DNA from: Verrucomicrobiaceae bacterium
GTDB lineage: Bacteria; Verrucomicrobiota; Verrucomicrobiia; Verrucomicrobiales; Akkermansiaceae
DNA length: 64,000 nucleotides
Reading direction: 5' to 3'
NCBI GenBank assembly: GCA_051252135.1
Contig: JBPOGH010000006.1
Coordinates: forward strand, 160,001-224,000
Position numbers and translations under genes: made by a program
The notes under the pieces: model-generated
Database searches by the model: none
Told to the model about the DNA's origin: nothing
What the model saw: only the letters and a program-made list of their open reading frames with translations
Shown: piece after piece, positions 27,192 through 36,903 of the stretch
Numbering within the stretch: position 1 is the stretch's first letter
How the letters are laid out: every line of letters starts with the position of its first letter

Positions 27192-28952
27192 ATGGAAAAC
27201 GCGTTAAGTTATTTCGACTACGGGGTCGTTGCCTTTTACTTTATTTTCATGGTGGGGATTGGTGTTCTCTTCCGAAACTACATCACGAACACCTCCGATT
27301 ACTTTCGGGGAGGGGGACAGATGGTGTGGTGGATGGCTGGCAGCAGCGCATTCATGGTTCAATTCAGTGCGTGGACGTTCACCGGAGCGGCGAGTAAGGC
27401 GTATGAGGACGGGTTGTTGATTTTGGTGATCTTTTTCGGGAACGCGGTGGGGTTCCTGATGAACTATTTGTACTTCGCCGGAAAATTCCGACAGCTTCGC
27501 GTCATCACTCCGGTGGAGGCAATGCGCCAACGGTTCGGGAAGGCTTCGGAGCAGGTCTTTACCTGGCTCCAGCTGCCGATCGGGACTTTGTATGCCGGGA
27601 TTTGGCTTAATGGACTGGGGGTGTTCTTTTCAGCGGTCTTTGGCTTCGATATTGCGACGACGATTCTGGTCACCGGACTGGTGGTTTTAATTCTTTCCGT
27701 GACGGGAGGAAGTTGGGCGGTGGTGGCCTCGGATTTCATGCAGGTTCTGGTGTTGATGCCGATCTCGCTGGTGGCTGCATTTTATGCGTTGAAGGAAGTC
27801 GGCGGGGCAGGGGCCTTGATCGAGCGTTTTCCTGCGGACCGGCTCTTTGGCGGAGAGACCAATTACCCGACCTTGATCTGGGTATGGGTGATCGTCATTA
27901 TCGTGAAGCAGTTCGCCTCGACCAACAACCTGATGGACGCATCGCGTTACCTTTGCGCCAAGGATACCTGGCATGCGCGTCGGGCGGCTCTGCTGGCCTC
28001 GGCGCTCTTTATCATTGGGCCGATCGTTTGGTTTATTCCCCCGATGGCATCCGCTATTTTGTATCCGGATATTGATGCGATGTTCCCGCAGCTGAAGAAC
28101 GGTTCGGAAGCAGCCTACGTGGCGCTCTGTATCAATACTCTACCGGTTGGTATGCTGGGGCTGCTGCTTTCGGGTATTTTTGCGGCCACGATGTCGTCCA
28201 TGGATAGCGGTCTCAACCGGAACGCGGGAATCTTTGTGCGAAATTTTTACCTCCCGCGTCTGCGGCCGAAAGCCGGGGAGCGGGAGCTGCTGATTGCGGG
28301 GAAGGTCTCGACTCTTATTTTCGGAGCGGCGATTATTTTCTCGGGTATCCAGTTTAGCAATATGAAGGAGCTGGCGCTCTTTGACCTTATGATGCAGTTC
28401 GGTGCCTTGGTAGCGATACCCATGCAGGTCCCGTTGATCTGGGGGATTATCGTGAAGCGAGTTCCGGACTGGGCGAGCTGGAGTTCCATTTTAGTGGGTC
28501 TGGTGACGTCCTTTTTGGTGAAAACGTATTTGGATGCCGAGTGGGTGAACGGCTTCCTAGGACTAGGGGTGGAGTTTTCCGGGAGAGAGGCGACGGATAT
28601 CACCCTCATAATGGGTGTTGTGATCAATCTTTTGGTCGGGTCGGTATTTTATCTCTCGACGATGATGTTCTATCGGGAGCCGACCGATAAGGTCAGGAAA
28701 GAAGAGGTGGAAACCTTGTTCAAGAACTTGCATACGCCCGTGGAGTCCGGTGAGGATGGATCCGAAGAGATGGATTCGAACCAAGGCGATTCTTTGGGGA
28801 TGCTCTCGCTGATTTATGGCGGCTTTGTGGCATTGTTGGCATTGATCCCCAATCCAATGACCGGGCGAATCGCATTCCTTTTCTGCGGCGGGGTTCTGAT
28901 TTTGATCGGGTATCTGTTGAGAAAAGGTAGCAAGGAAGGGGTTTCCAAATGA
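27192..28952 (+). CDS. Sodium:solute symporter, ToaA-like oligoalginate transporter
   Basis: DYFRGGGQMVWW..SAFMVQFSAWTFTGAA and ATMSSMDSGLNRNAGIFVRNFY resemble the Vibrio ToaA subfamily; many TM helices; alginate lyase context. Confidence 0.85.
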   Translation: MENALSYFDYGVVAFYFIFMVGIGVLFRNYITNTSDYFRGGGQMVWWMAGSSAFMVQFSAWTFTGAASKAYEDGLLILVIFFGNAVGFLMNYLYFAGKFRQLRVITPVEAMRQRFGKASEQVFTWLQLPIGTLYAGIWLNGLGVFFSAVFGFDIATTILVTGLVVLILSVTGGSWAVVASDFMQVLVLMPISLVAAFYALKEVGGAGALIERFPADRLFGGETNYPTLIWVWVIVIIVKQFASTNNLMDASRYLCAKDTWHARRAALLASALFIIGPIVWFIPPMASAILYPDIDAMFPQLKNGSEAAYVALCINTLPVGMLGLLLSGIFAATMSSMDSGLNRNAGIFVRNFYLPRLRPKAGERELLIAGKVSTLIFGAAIIFSGIQFSNMKELALFDLMMQFGALVAIPMQVPLIWGIIVKRVPDWASWSSILVGLVTSFLVKTYLDAEWVNGFLGLGVEFSGREATDITLIMGVVINLLVGSVFYLSTMMFYREPTDKVRKEEVETLFKNLHTPVESGEDGSEEMDSNQGDSLGMLSLIYGGFVALLALIPNPMTGRIAFLFCGGVLILIGYLLRKGSKEGVSK

Positions 28953-30031
28953 CCGAAGGACGCGAACCGATATTGATGTTAGGTGCGAACCGGGTTTGGC
29001 GCACTTATCAGGGTGGACGGATTCTTGACGAGATCGAGGAAAAGGCGGAGCCCCAAGACAGTCATTTTCCGGAGGACTGGATTGGTTCCCTGACTGCGGC
29101 GAAAAACCCTGATCGTGAATTTGGGGAGGAGGGAATCTCGCGTGTGACACGATCCAATGGCGAATCAGTTTTGTTGACTGAGTTGGTCGCGGAGGATCCT
29201 GTTTATTATTTGGGGAGTGATCATTATGCGGCTTATGGTCTGGATACGCGAATCCTGGTCAAGTTTCTGGACTCGGCGATCAGGCTTCATTTTCAGGTTC
29301 ATCCTACGGCAGCGTTTTCCAAGCAGTTTCTCGGCTGTACGAGCGGGAAAACGGAGGCGTATGTGATTCTTGCGATCCGGGAAGGGATTGAAGAACCCTA
29401 TATTTATGCCGGGTTCCAGAGGCCGCCGGAGCGTGAGGTTTTGAAGGAGTGGATTGAGAATCAAGATATCGATGCGATCAAAACGTGTTTCGATAAGATT
29501 CCGGTGAAGCCGGGCGATGTCTTTCTCATCCCCGGCGGATTTCCGCATGCTCTGGGTGAAGGGATTTTGATGGTGGAGCTGATGGAGGCGAGTGATCTGG
29601 CTGTTCGTTTCGAGTTCGAGCGCGGGGGATTCGTGTTGCCCGAGGAGTCCCGGTTTTTGGGAAAAGATTTGGATTTTGCGCTCACCGTTTTCAATCACAC
29701 CCCTGTATCTGCCGATAAATTCCAATGTCGGCCAGAGCTGTTGAGGCGGTTTGCCGACGGGTCCGAGCAGCATCTGCTGATTGGTAAGAAACACACCGAT
29801 TGTTTCTCCGCCCGCGAGACAAGGATCGCAGAACGGATCTCCAAAGAAGAGAGGGGAGCTTACATCGGAATTGTGATGGAAGGTCGCGGTCGGATGACCT
29901 TGGGAGAAAGTTCGTGGGAGCTTGAGCCTTTTGATCGGTTTTTCGTGGCGGCGTCCTGTGGTCCGATCACCTTTGAAACGATCGACCGGCTTCGAATTTT
30001 GGAATGTACCCCACCCGATACCGACAATTAA
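28949..30031 (+). CDS. Class I mannose-6-phosphate isomerase-like cupin
   Basis: KFLDSAIRLHFQVHP, GKTEAY and PHALG motifs. Confidence 0.8.
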   Translation: MTEGREPILMLGANRVWRTYQGGRILDEIEEKAEPQDSHFPEDWIGSLTAAKNPDREFGEEGISRVTRSNGESVLLTELVAEDPVYYLGSDHYAAYGLDTRILVKFLDSAIRLHFQVHPTAAFSKQFLGCTSGKTEAYVILAIREGIEEPYIYAGFQRPPEREVLKEWIENQDIDAIKTCFDKIPVKPGDVFLIPGGFPHALGEGILMVELMEASDLAVRFEFERGGFVLPEESRFLGKDLDFALTVFNHTPVSADKFQCRPELLRRFADGSEQHLLIGKKHTDCFSARETRIAERISKEERGAYIGIVMEGRGRMTLGESSWELEPFDRFFVAASCGPITFETIDRLRILECTPPDTDN

Positions 30032-30032
30032 A

Positions 30033-31043
30033 ATGATCTCGAAAAACCTCGTGGTGTTGACCCAGACCGAGATTGAAACGTTCCTCGTCGACGGTCGATT
30101 GGATACGTTGAAGAGGCTCGTTGAGCCCTGTCTCGTTATAGATGGCGAAGCGATGTCCGCTGATGAGTGGCGTCGGCTTCTTTCCGAACACAATCCCGAA
30201 ATCCTTGTGGCCGGGTGGAAGACACCGGCCTTGCCCGATGACGTTTTAAGTGAGGTGGCTCCGGGATTACGATACGTCTGCTACCTCCCCGGATCCATCC
30301 GGAAGCTGGTCACGCGTGAGATGATCGAGGCAGGCCTGCTCGTTTCCAATTGGGCTTCCTCCATCAGCCGGACCGTGGCGGAGTGCGCTCTTCTTTTGGC
30401 TTTATCCTGTATGAGAAGGGCGAGTTTTTGGAATGAAGAGATGCACAACCGCGGAGGTTGGAAGGATGGATCGACGCAGACCCAATCCCTTTTCGAGAGA
30501 CGTGTTGGGATTCACGGATACGGAGCGGTCGCGAAAGCACTGGTCCTGCTTCTGAGGCCATTTACCGACAGGATTTCGGCCTATTCGGAAGGCGTTCCAA
30601 TGGAGGTTTACGAGCAGGATGGAGTCGTGCTCTCCGAATCGCTGGAGGCCTTGTTCAGCGAAAACGATGTCATTTTTGAGATCGAGGCCTTAACCCCCGA
30701 GCGGGAGAACATCATTGATGAGGCGATGTTGCGTCGAATTCCCAAAGGCGGGACTTTTGTTAATATTGCGCGAGGGGCCCTGGTAAATGAGGAAGACCTT
30801 CTCAAGGTGGCCCTTGAAGGAGAGCTCCAATTTGGGCTCGATGTTTATCAAACGGAGCCGCTGCCTGCGGACCATGGCTTCCGGGGGTGTCATAATATTA
30901 TGTTACTCCCTCATTTGGGCGGGCCAACGACGGATCGGCGAAAAGACGCCGCCGATTACAGTTTGGAGAATTTAAGACGTTATCAACGGGGCGAAGATAT
31001 CCTTAGTCCGGTGACTGCGGAAATTTACGAACGGTCTACCTAA
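30033..31043 (+). CDS. D-isomer-specific 2-hydroxyacid dehydrogenase
   Basis: GIHGYGAVA, NIARG, LDVYQTEP and PHLGG motifs; start at ATG 30033. Confidence 0.88.
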   Translation: MISKNLVVLTQTEIETFLVDGRLDTLKRLVEPCLVIDGEAMSADEWRRLLSEHNPEILVAGWKTPALPDDVLSEVAPGLRYVCYLPGSIRKLVTREMIEAGLLVSNWASSISRTVAECALLLALSCMRRASFWNEEMHNRGGWKDGSTQTQSLFERRVGIHGYGAVAKALVLLLRPFTDRISAYSEGVPMEVYEQDGVVLSESLEALFSENDVIFEIEALTPERENIIDEAMLRRIPKGGTFVNIARGALVNEEDLLKVALEGELQFGLDVYQTEPLPADHGFRGCHNIMLLPHLGGPTTDRRKDAADYSLENLRRYQRGEDILSPVTAEIYERST

Positions 31044-31049
31044 AATATC

Positions 31050-32993
31050 ATGGATACAGCGAATTTGAACGGATCATTGATGAAGAATTTTGGGCCGAAA
31101 CGGGAGTCAGTCCCGGTGGATTACCGGTGGTGGCAAAACCAGGCCAAGGACTTGATTTCTCCTCTCATCAAATTGATGGAGAAGGGGAAGGCCAGCATGC
31201 CGATTGAAGGCATGGCAAGTGACCACGATGAAAACGCGGATCGACTGGAATCGTTTGCCCGGCCTCTTTTACTTTGGGCCCATTGGCAAAAATCTCTGGA
31301 GGCTTATTCGGACAGCAATGACGACGCGATGACCGCGACTGCGAAGGAGTGGTTCCGCGAAGGTTTGTTAGCCGGGACAGATCCGGAGAGTCCGGAGTTC
31401 TGGGGGCATTCGGCGAACTTTCACCAGCACTCGGTCGAAATGGGTTTGATGGTGATCGGTCTTGAGTTGAGTCGTGAGCATCTTTGGAGCACGTTGACTG
31501 ATCCCGAGAAACAGCAGGTATTACTTTGGCTCGAGTCCGATGTGGGTAACGGACACCACTGGAACAACCATATGTTCTTTGGCATTCTGGTGATGGAATT
31601 TCTTATTGGGGAAGGCAGAGGGCACGAGGCCTATCGGCTGGTGATTGATCGTTGGTTTGAGGAGCTTGATGGAATGTATGCCAGTGAGGGCTGGTATATG
31701 GACGGAATGAATCAGGCTTTTGATTTCTACAATGCCTATGCGTGGCATTACTATGTTCTTTGGTGGATTTCGCTTTATGGGGAGAATGACAAGGAGCGCT
31801 GTCGGCGCTGGGGTGAACGGTGCGGGCGTTTTCTGGAGGACTACCCTCGTTTCTTTGCGGAGAGCGGAGAGCATCCTGCATTTGGGCGGTCGATTACTTA
31901 CCGGTTTAATGCGACGGCGCCGATCGGTCTTGCTCACGCCCTTGGAGTGAGCCCGCTGGAGCCCGGTTTGTCCCGGTCGCTTTGTCAGCGGAATCTGAAA
32001 TTTTTCACCGATAAGCCGATCGCGCAATCCCAGGGCTGCCTGTCCCTGGGATGGTATGACGAATTTATCGATATGGTAGAGGTCTACTCGTGTGGAGGCT
32101 CCACGTATTGGGCGGCAAAAGCGTTCGCACCCTTGCTTCTTGGGCCGGACGATGCTTTCTGGAGCGATGAGGAGGTGACCTGCCCTGCATCGAAGGGGGA
32201 TAGCGCACTGGCTTTGAAGCCGCCAAGTTTGGTGGTGCGGAATACGAACGGCGAGGTCGAGATCGTCAACGTGGGGTCACAGATTGCTTCTACGAACACC
32301 CGGTTTGGTCCTTACAAGTGGGGGCTGCTCAGTTACAAGTCGTCGTATGGTTTTACGATTGTCCGCGATGGGAATCTCTATCCTTTGGATTCGGGCCTGA
32401 CCGCGCAGGCCCCAGAAGGGAATGTTATTTATGGTCGGCACTACACCGCTCCTGCGATCGTGGAATCCGACCGGATGGCATGTCTTTACAGTCTGGGCCG
32501 GAAGTTCGAGCAGTTTCAGGTGTCGGTTGAAACCCGGATGTGGTGGCAGGGTGATTGGCAATTGATTGTTCATCGATGTATCGCGAAACAGGACTCCATT
32601 TTGCGGCACGGTTCCTATGCGCTCTCCTCGGGGGATGCGACGCAATTGGAGACAGGACACGGTGGGTTGGCAGGCGAGATCTGGAATGGCGAACATGGTG
32701 TTGCGCTGCAGGGCGTCTTCGGTTTTGAGAACACCGAGGTTGATTCCCGCTTGAGCGATGCAGATGGCCCGCGCAGGCATATTCAGGCACCGTTTCATGC
32801 GACGCTTCTGCTCAAAAAGACAATGAAGGCGGCAGAAGAGACTTATCTTGTCTGCCTGTCCTGGTCCGGCAAGGTCCGGGCGGAGGGTGCTCCCTGGAAG
32901 GTGGATCGTCTGGCCGCCGGCGAATGGCGCTTTTCCCATGACTCTTTGGGGGAATGGTGTGTGGAGGATAAATTTCTGCCCAAACTGGATTAA
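31050..32993 (+). CDS. DUF2264 domain protein
   Basis: LESFARPL, NNHMFF, DFYNAYAWHYY, FGRSITYRF and YSCGGSTYWAAKAF motifs. Confidence 0.85.
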   Translation: MDTANLNGSLMKNFGPKRESVPVDYRWWQNQAKDLISPLIKLMEKGKASMPIEGMASDHDENADRLESFARPLLLWAHWQKSLEAYSDSNDDAMTATAKEWFREGLLAGTDPESPEFWGHSANFHQHSVEMGLMVIGLELSREHLWSTLTDPEKQQVLLWLESDVGNGHHWNNHMFFGILVMEFLIGEGRGHEAYRLVIDRWFEELDGMYASEGWYMDGMNQAFDFYNAYAWHYYVLWWISLYGENDKERCRRWGERCGRFLEDYPRFFAESGEHPAFGRSITYRFNATAPIGLAHALGVSPLEPGLSRSLCQRNLKFFTDKPIAQSQGCLSLGWYDEFIDMVEVYSCGGSTYWAAKAFAPLLLGPDDAFWSDEEVTCPASKGDSALALKPPSLVVRNTNGEVEIVNVGSQIASTNTRFGPYKWGLLSYKSSYGFTIVRDGNLYPLDSGLTAQAPEGNVIYGRHYTAPAIVESDRMACLYSLGRKFEQFQVSVETRMWWQGDWQLIVHRCIAKQDSILRHGSYALSSGDATQLETGHGGLAGEIWNGEHGVALQGVFGFENTEVDSRLSDADGPRRHIQAPFHATLLLKKTMKAAEETYLVCLSWSGKVRAEGAPWKVDRLAAGEWRFSHDSLGEWCVEDKFLPKLD

Positions 32994-33014
32994 CAACTTA
33001 TTTTATACGAACAA

Positions 33015-33782
33015 ATGACCACTGAAAAATTGAAAGGAAAACGAGTCCTGGTGACTGCAGGTGCGCAGGGGATTGGCGAGGCTATCACCCGTCGATTTAT
33101 TGAAGCGGGAGCCTTTGTGGCTGTTCACTATTTTTCGAGTGAGACCGTGGCCAGGGCACTCGTCGATGAAGCCAAAGCGAAAGGACTCAAAGCGATCGCG
33201 GTGCAGGGGGATCTTACCCTTCGTGAGGACGCCGAGCGCATCGCGGCTGAAATTGAATCAGCCTTCGGAGGACTTGAGATTCTGATCAATAACGCCGGTT
33301 CTTTGGTGGAGCGCCGTTTCCACGGAGAGGTCGATGAGAAGCACTGGAAAACCGTTTGGGACGTCAACGTGACCTCGGCCCAGAATATGAGTCAGGCAGT
33401 AGTCAGACTTCTGGAGGCAAGCGGAGAGAGCAGTATTGTGAACCTATCATCCCTGGCTGGTCGCAAAGGTGGCCACCCCGGGTCATTGGCCTATTCAACC
33501 TCCAAGGGGGCGATCCTGACTTGGTCGCGGGCTTTGGCGACCGAACTTGCTCCCAAGGGGATTCGCGTCAATGCGCTGGCACCAGGGTTGATCCTGGGAA
33601 CCTCGTTTCATAACACTCACACGACCAAGGAGTCGGCCGATGCGACGGTGGCAACAATCCCACTCGGGAGGGCCGGAATCGCGGACGACGTGGCGAGAGC
33701 GGCTTTGTATCTGGCTTCGGAGTTCGATGGGTTTATTACGGGAGCAACTTTGGATATTAATGGAGGTGTTTATGCATGTTAG
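33015..33782 (+). CDS. SDR oxidoreductase, probable DEH (4-deoxy-L-erythro-5-hexoseulose uronate) reductase
   Basis: TAGAQGIG, NNAG, SSLAGRKGGHPGSLAYSTSK, PGLILGTSFH and DINGG; context beside lyases (substrate is inferred). Confidence 0.8.
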   Translation: MTTEKLKGKRVLVTAGAQGIGEAITRRFIEAGAFVAVHYFSSETVARALVDEAKAKGLKAIAVQGDLTLREDAERIAAEIESAFGGLEILINNAGSLVERRFHGEVDEKHWKTVWDVNVTSAQNMSQAVVRLLEASGESSIVNLSSLAGRKGGHPGSLAYSTSKGAILTWSRALATELAPKGIRVNALAPGLILGTSFHNTHTTKESADATVATIPLGRAGIADDVARAALYLASEFDGFITGATLDINGGVYAC

Positions 33783-36066
33783 AAAAATAGCAAGAGAGGT
33801 GGCAGGCTTTCTGGTGTTGGGCACGACTTTGGCTGGTGCCCTTAAGTTAAAGCCCTATCACGATTCGTATACCGGTTTCGAATTGCCGGAAGAGGTGACG
33901 ATGCCAGCGAAAGAGGTTCATCCCTCATTGTGGTTCAGCGAATCTGAGATTGCTGAACTTGCGGCAAAAAAAGACACCGATACACACGCTGCGCAATTTT
34001 GGAACGAAGTGTCGACGAGCGAGTATTTGCTCGCGGAGTTGCCACCAATTCCATCCTTGGAGGATGATAAGAAAATCGTTCACAAGTACTATGGGACTCT
34101 GACGCAAGCGGCGATGTATAATGCCTTTATGGCCTTATTTGAGACGCCGGAAAAACAGGCCTATTTGGAAAGTGCGATTGAGGCACTAGAGCGTGGTTAT
34201 GCCGGGCCGCTTTACGAGCTCGACCCGATCGTCAAAGGAAGTGCTGTCGATGAGATCTATCAGGGGGTGTGGGCGCAGAATTTTGCGGCAGCCTACGACT
34301 GGGTTCAGCCCCAGCTCACCAAGGAACAGGATCAGAAAATTCGAGGTCATCTCATCAAGCACGCGGCCTATATGAACGAGCATCTGTTCTCATGGGCTTC
34401 CAGTCCTCATAATCACCTTTCCAAGCCGGCGTGGGGTCTGGGGACGATGGCGCTTCTTTTTTCAAGTGAACCGGAGGCCAAAACCTGGTTGGAAACCGCG
34501 ATCAAGGCGGCTAATGCGAACACCCGGTATTTTTTCGGAGGCGACGGGATTTACCGTGAAGGCTCGCACTACTACCTGTTTTCAAAGTTGAATTTTTTAC
34601 CGTTCCTTTATCACTATCGGAACACCACGGAATACGATCCGTTTCCCGTTTTCCAGCCGGCTTTTGAGTGGCCATTGCGGATTCGTAATGGAAAGGGTTG
34701 GATGCCGAATCAAGAGGATAGCTTCATTCGTCCCTTTGCGTCGCACCTCGCTGCCTCCGCGTATAAGAAATCAGCAACTCATCTGCATTCCAGTGCACCT
34801 TTGGGAAGTCTTCTACAGTGGAACTTTTTGAACACGGATCTCGCTCCTTTCGACGCGTCGGAAAAAGTGACAACCTTTAACTACACCGGAGCGACCTGGG
34901 ATTACCCGAAGCCCTTGGTTGAGTATCTCACCTATGATCCGGACATAGATCCAATCGCTCCAAACGTTGACCCCAACCAGTTTTTGGATTCGGGGCAGAC
35001 GGTCTTTCGCACCGACTGGGAAGGAGGGGGCAACGAGCACCGGTTCCTGCTTTTTCAGGGGGTTGCGGATGCAGACAATCATCAACATTTCGACCATCTC
35101 AGCTTTATCCTGTTTGCAGAAAACCAGATGATGTCCTCGGATGGTGGATACACACGCAAGAGCTATGGTGAGGCCATGCGTAAGGAGTGGTATTTGACGG
35201 CGGAAGCCCACAATGTGGTGATGGTCGACGGGCAGGCTCCGGTTGATATTGCGCCTGGCGTTGGGCCCTACTCAACCGGACGTATGTCCGCTCCCGGGTT
35301 TACCAGTGAGCAGAAGACCGCGAGCTACAAGGAAGGGGGAACGCATTCCCGAATCGTTTCGATGATTGAGAACGACCGGTTTGCTTTGGTTGATGTCGTG
35401 AGCCTTCCATCGGAGAAATCTGTCGAGATCGTGATGCACGGAGGTCGTGCGACCCTGGGGGGAGACAATGTTCACAGTGTTTGGAGCTATAAAACGGATA
35501 CCTACGGAACAGCGTGTTCCCTGGACCAATGGTTTTTTGGTAAGGGCTACAAGCAGGAGATCAAGGAAGGAGAGTTGACTTACATCAAAGGCGATTATGC
35601 TCCATTCCCGTATTTCGTTCAGTCGAAGAAAACAGATAGGGCTGTGGCAATGCATTTGCTGGAGCCTCGATCGGAAGATGCGGAAGCGAGAACGTACGAG
35701 TTTGTAAGGAAATCCAATGAGACCATTGTTATTCAAGCCAAGGAGGCGAACGATTGGCACTTGTGCAATGTGGCTGACAAGTCGGTCGGAGAAGGGAGTT
35801 GGGAGACGGATGCATTATACGCCTTTATCTCTTTCGCGGATTCCGGTTTCAAAAAGGCGGGGCTGGTTGAAGCGACACGTTTTGAATCCGGAGACGGATT
35901 GGAGATTGTCATGAATGCGCCCTGCACGTTTGCGGTGGAAATGCTGGCTTCCGGTGAAGTGAGGATCGATTTTTCTGCGGAGATCAATTCCCAAGGTGTG
36001 ATTCGCCGAGGTGATCGCGAGCAGCGCCTGAGGTTCCATGGTCAGGGTTCAATCATCTTAAAATGA
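33772..36066 (+). CDS. Heparinase II/III-domain polysaccharide lyase, probable (oligo)alginate lyase (PL17/PL39-like)
   Basis: GGAGG RBS before ATG 33772; signal peptide; HNH, EGSHYY, HQHFDHLSF and AHNVV motifs. Confidence 0.8.
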   Translation: MHVRKIAREVAGFLVLGTTLAGALKLKPYHDSYTGFELPEEVTMPAKEVHPSLWFSESEIAELAAKKDTDTHAAQFWNEVSTSEYLLAELPPIPSLEDDKKIVHKYYGTLTQAAMYNAFMALFETPEKQAYLESAIEALERGYAGPLYELDPIVKGSAVDEIYQGVWAQNFAAAYDWVQPQLTKEQDQKIRGHLIKHAAYMNEHLFSWASSPHNHLSKPAWGLGTMALLFSSEPEAKTWLETAIKAANANTRYFFGGDGIYREGSHYYLFSKLNFLPFLYHYRNTTEYDPFPVFQPAFEWPLRIRNGKGWMPNQEDSFIRPFASHLAASAYKKSATHLHSSAPLGSLLQWNFLNTDLAPFDASEKVTTFNYTGATWDYPKPLVEYLTYDPDIDPIAPNVDPNQFLDSGQTVFRTDWEGGGNEHRFLLFQGVADADNHQHFDHLSFILFAENQMMSSDGGYTRKSYGEAMRKEWYLTAEAHNVVMVDGQAPVDIAPGVGPYSTGRMSAPGFTSEQKTASYKEGGTHSRIVSMIENDRFALVDVVSLPSEKSVEIVMHGGRATLGGDNVHSVWSYKTDTYGTACSLDQWFFGKGYKQEIKEGELTYIKGDYAPFPYFVQSKKTDRAVAMHLLEPRSEDAEARTYEFVRKSNETIVIQAKEANDWHLCNVADKSVGEGSWETDALYAFISFADSGFKKAGLVEATRFESGDGLEIVMNAPCTFAVEMLASGEVRIDFSAEINSQGVIRRGDREQRLRFHGQGSIILK

Positions 36067-36884
36067 AGCTCTCCTTTACGACACTTGCCTGCCCGGACTG
36101 GAGTCTGGAGACGATTGTGCAAAAGGCCGCCGAATCCGGCTTCGATGGGGTAGACTTTCGGGGGACGGACAAGGGGTTGGATGTCACCCTGCAGGAGCAG
36201 TTTCGAAGCGGTAATGCTGCAACGAGGCGCTTGATTGAAGATCATGGACTGGTGACCTCCGGTATCAGTTCCAGTATCAGTCTGTGCGATCCTACTCGCT
36301 TTGAGGAAAATATCGAAGAAGCGAAACGGACGATCGAAGTAGCCATTGGACTAGGGGCTGCCCAAGTCCGGACCTTTGGTAATGGGGACCCGTTGGTGGA
36401 TCGCAGCGAACGACTCGCTGTCGCCAAACGATGCATGGATGGAATCTTTGATCTGGATGGAGCCTCGGAGATCGATTGGTTGCTTGAGCTGCATGACATT
36501 TGGATTTCTTCGGATGACTGCAACGCGATGCTCGATGTGGTAGGGCGCGATCGGCTGGGCATCCTCTGGGATATCGGTCATTCCACGCGGATCGGATCGG
36601 AGTCTTTCCGGGAGACCTATGCCGCGATGGGTGACTCGATTCCCTGTGTCCACCTGAAAGACGCCGTCTATGAACCGGAGCATGAGAATGCGATGAAAGA
36701 CGGTTGGCGTTATGTTTTGCCGGGCAGGGGAGAGTTGCCGATCGCTGATGCCGTTCGGTTCCTAAAAGAAAAGGAATTCGATGGTTGGTATGTTTTCGAA
36801 CACGAAAAGCGTTGGCATCCGAGTATCGAAGAACCGGAAGAGGCCATTCAGGCTTATGTGAGCTGGATTCGCTCGATTGAGTAG
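36063..36884 (+). CDS. Sugar phosphate isomerase/epimerase (xylose isomerase-like TIM barrel)
   Basis: MKLSFTTLACPDW, LELHD, WDIGH, HLKD and FEHEKRW motifs. Confidence 0.88.
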   Translation: MKLSFTTLACPDWSLETIVQKAAESGFDGVDFRGTDKGLDVTLQEQFRSGNAATRRLIEDHGLVTSGISSSISLCDPTRFEENIEEAKRTIEVAIGLGAAQVRTFGNGDPLVDRSERLAVAKRCMDGIFDLDGASEIDWLLELHDIWISSDDCNAMLDVVGRDRLGILWDIGHSTRIGSESFRETYAAMGDSIPCVHLKDAVYEPEHENAMKDGWRYVLPGRGELPIADAVRFLKEKEFDGWYVFEHEKRWHPSIEEPEEAIQAYVSWIRSIE

Positions 36885-36903
36885 AGGCGGGAGAAAGCCC
36901 CGT

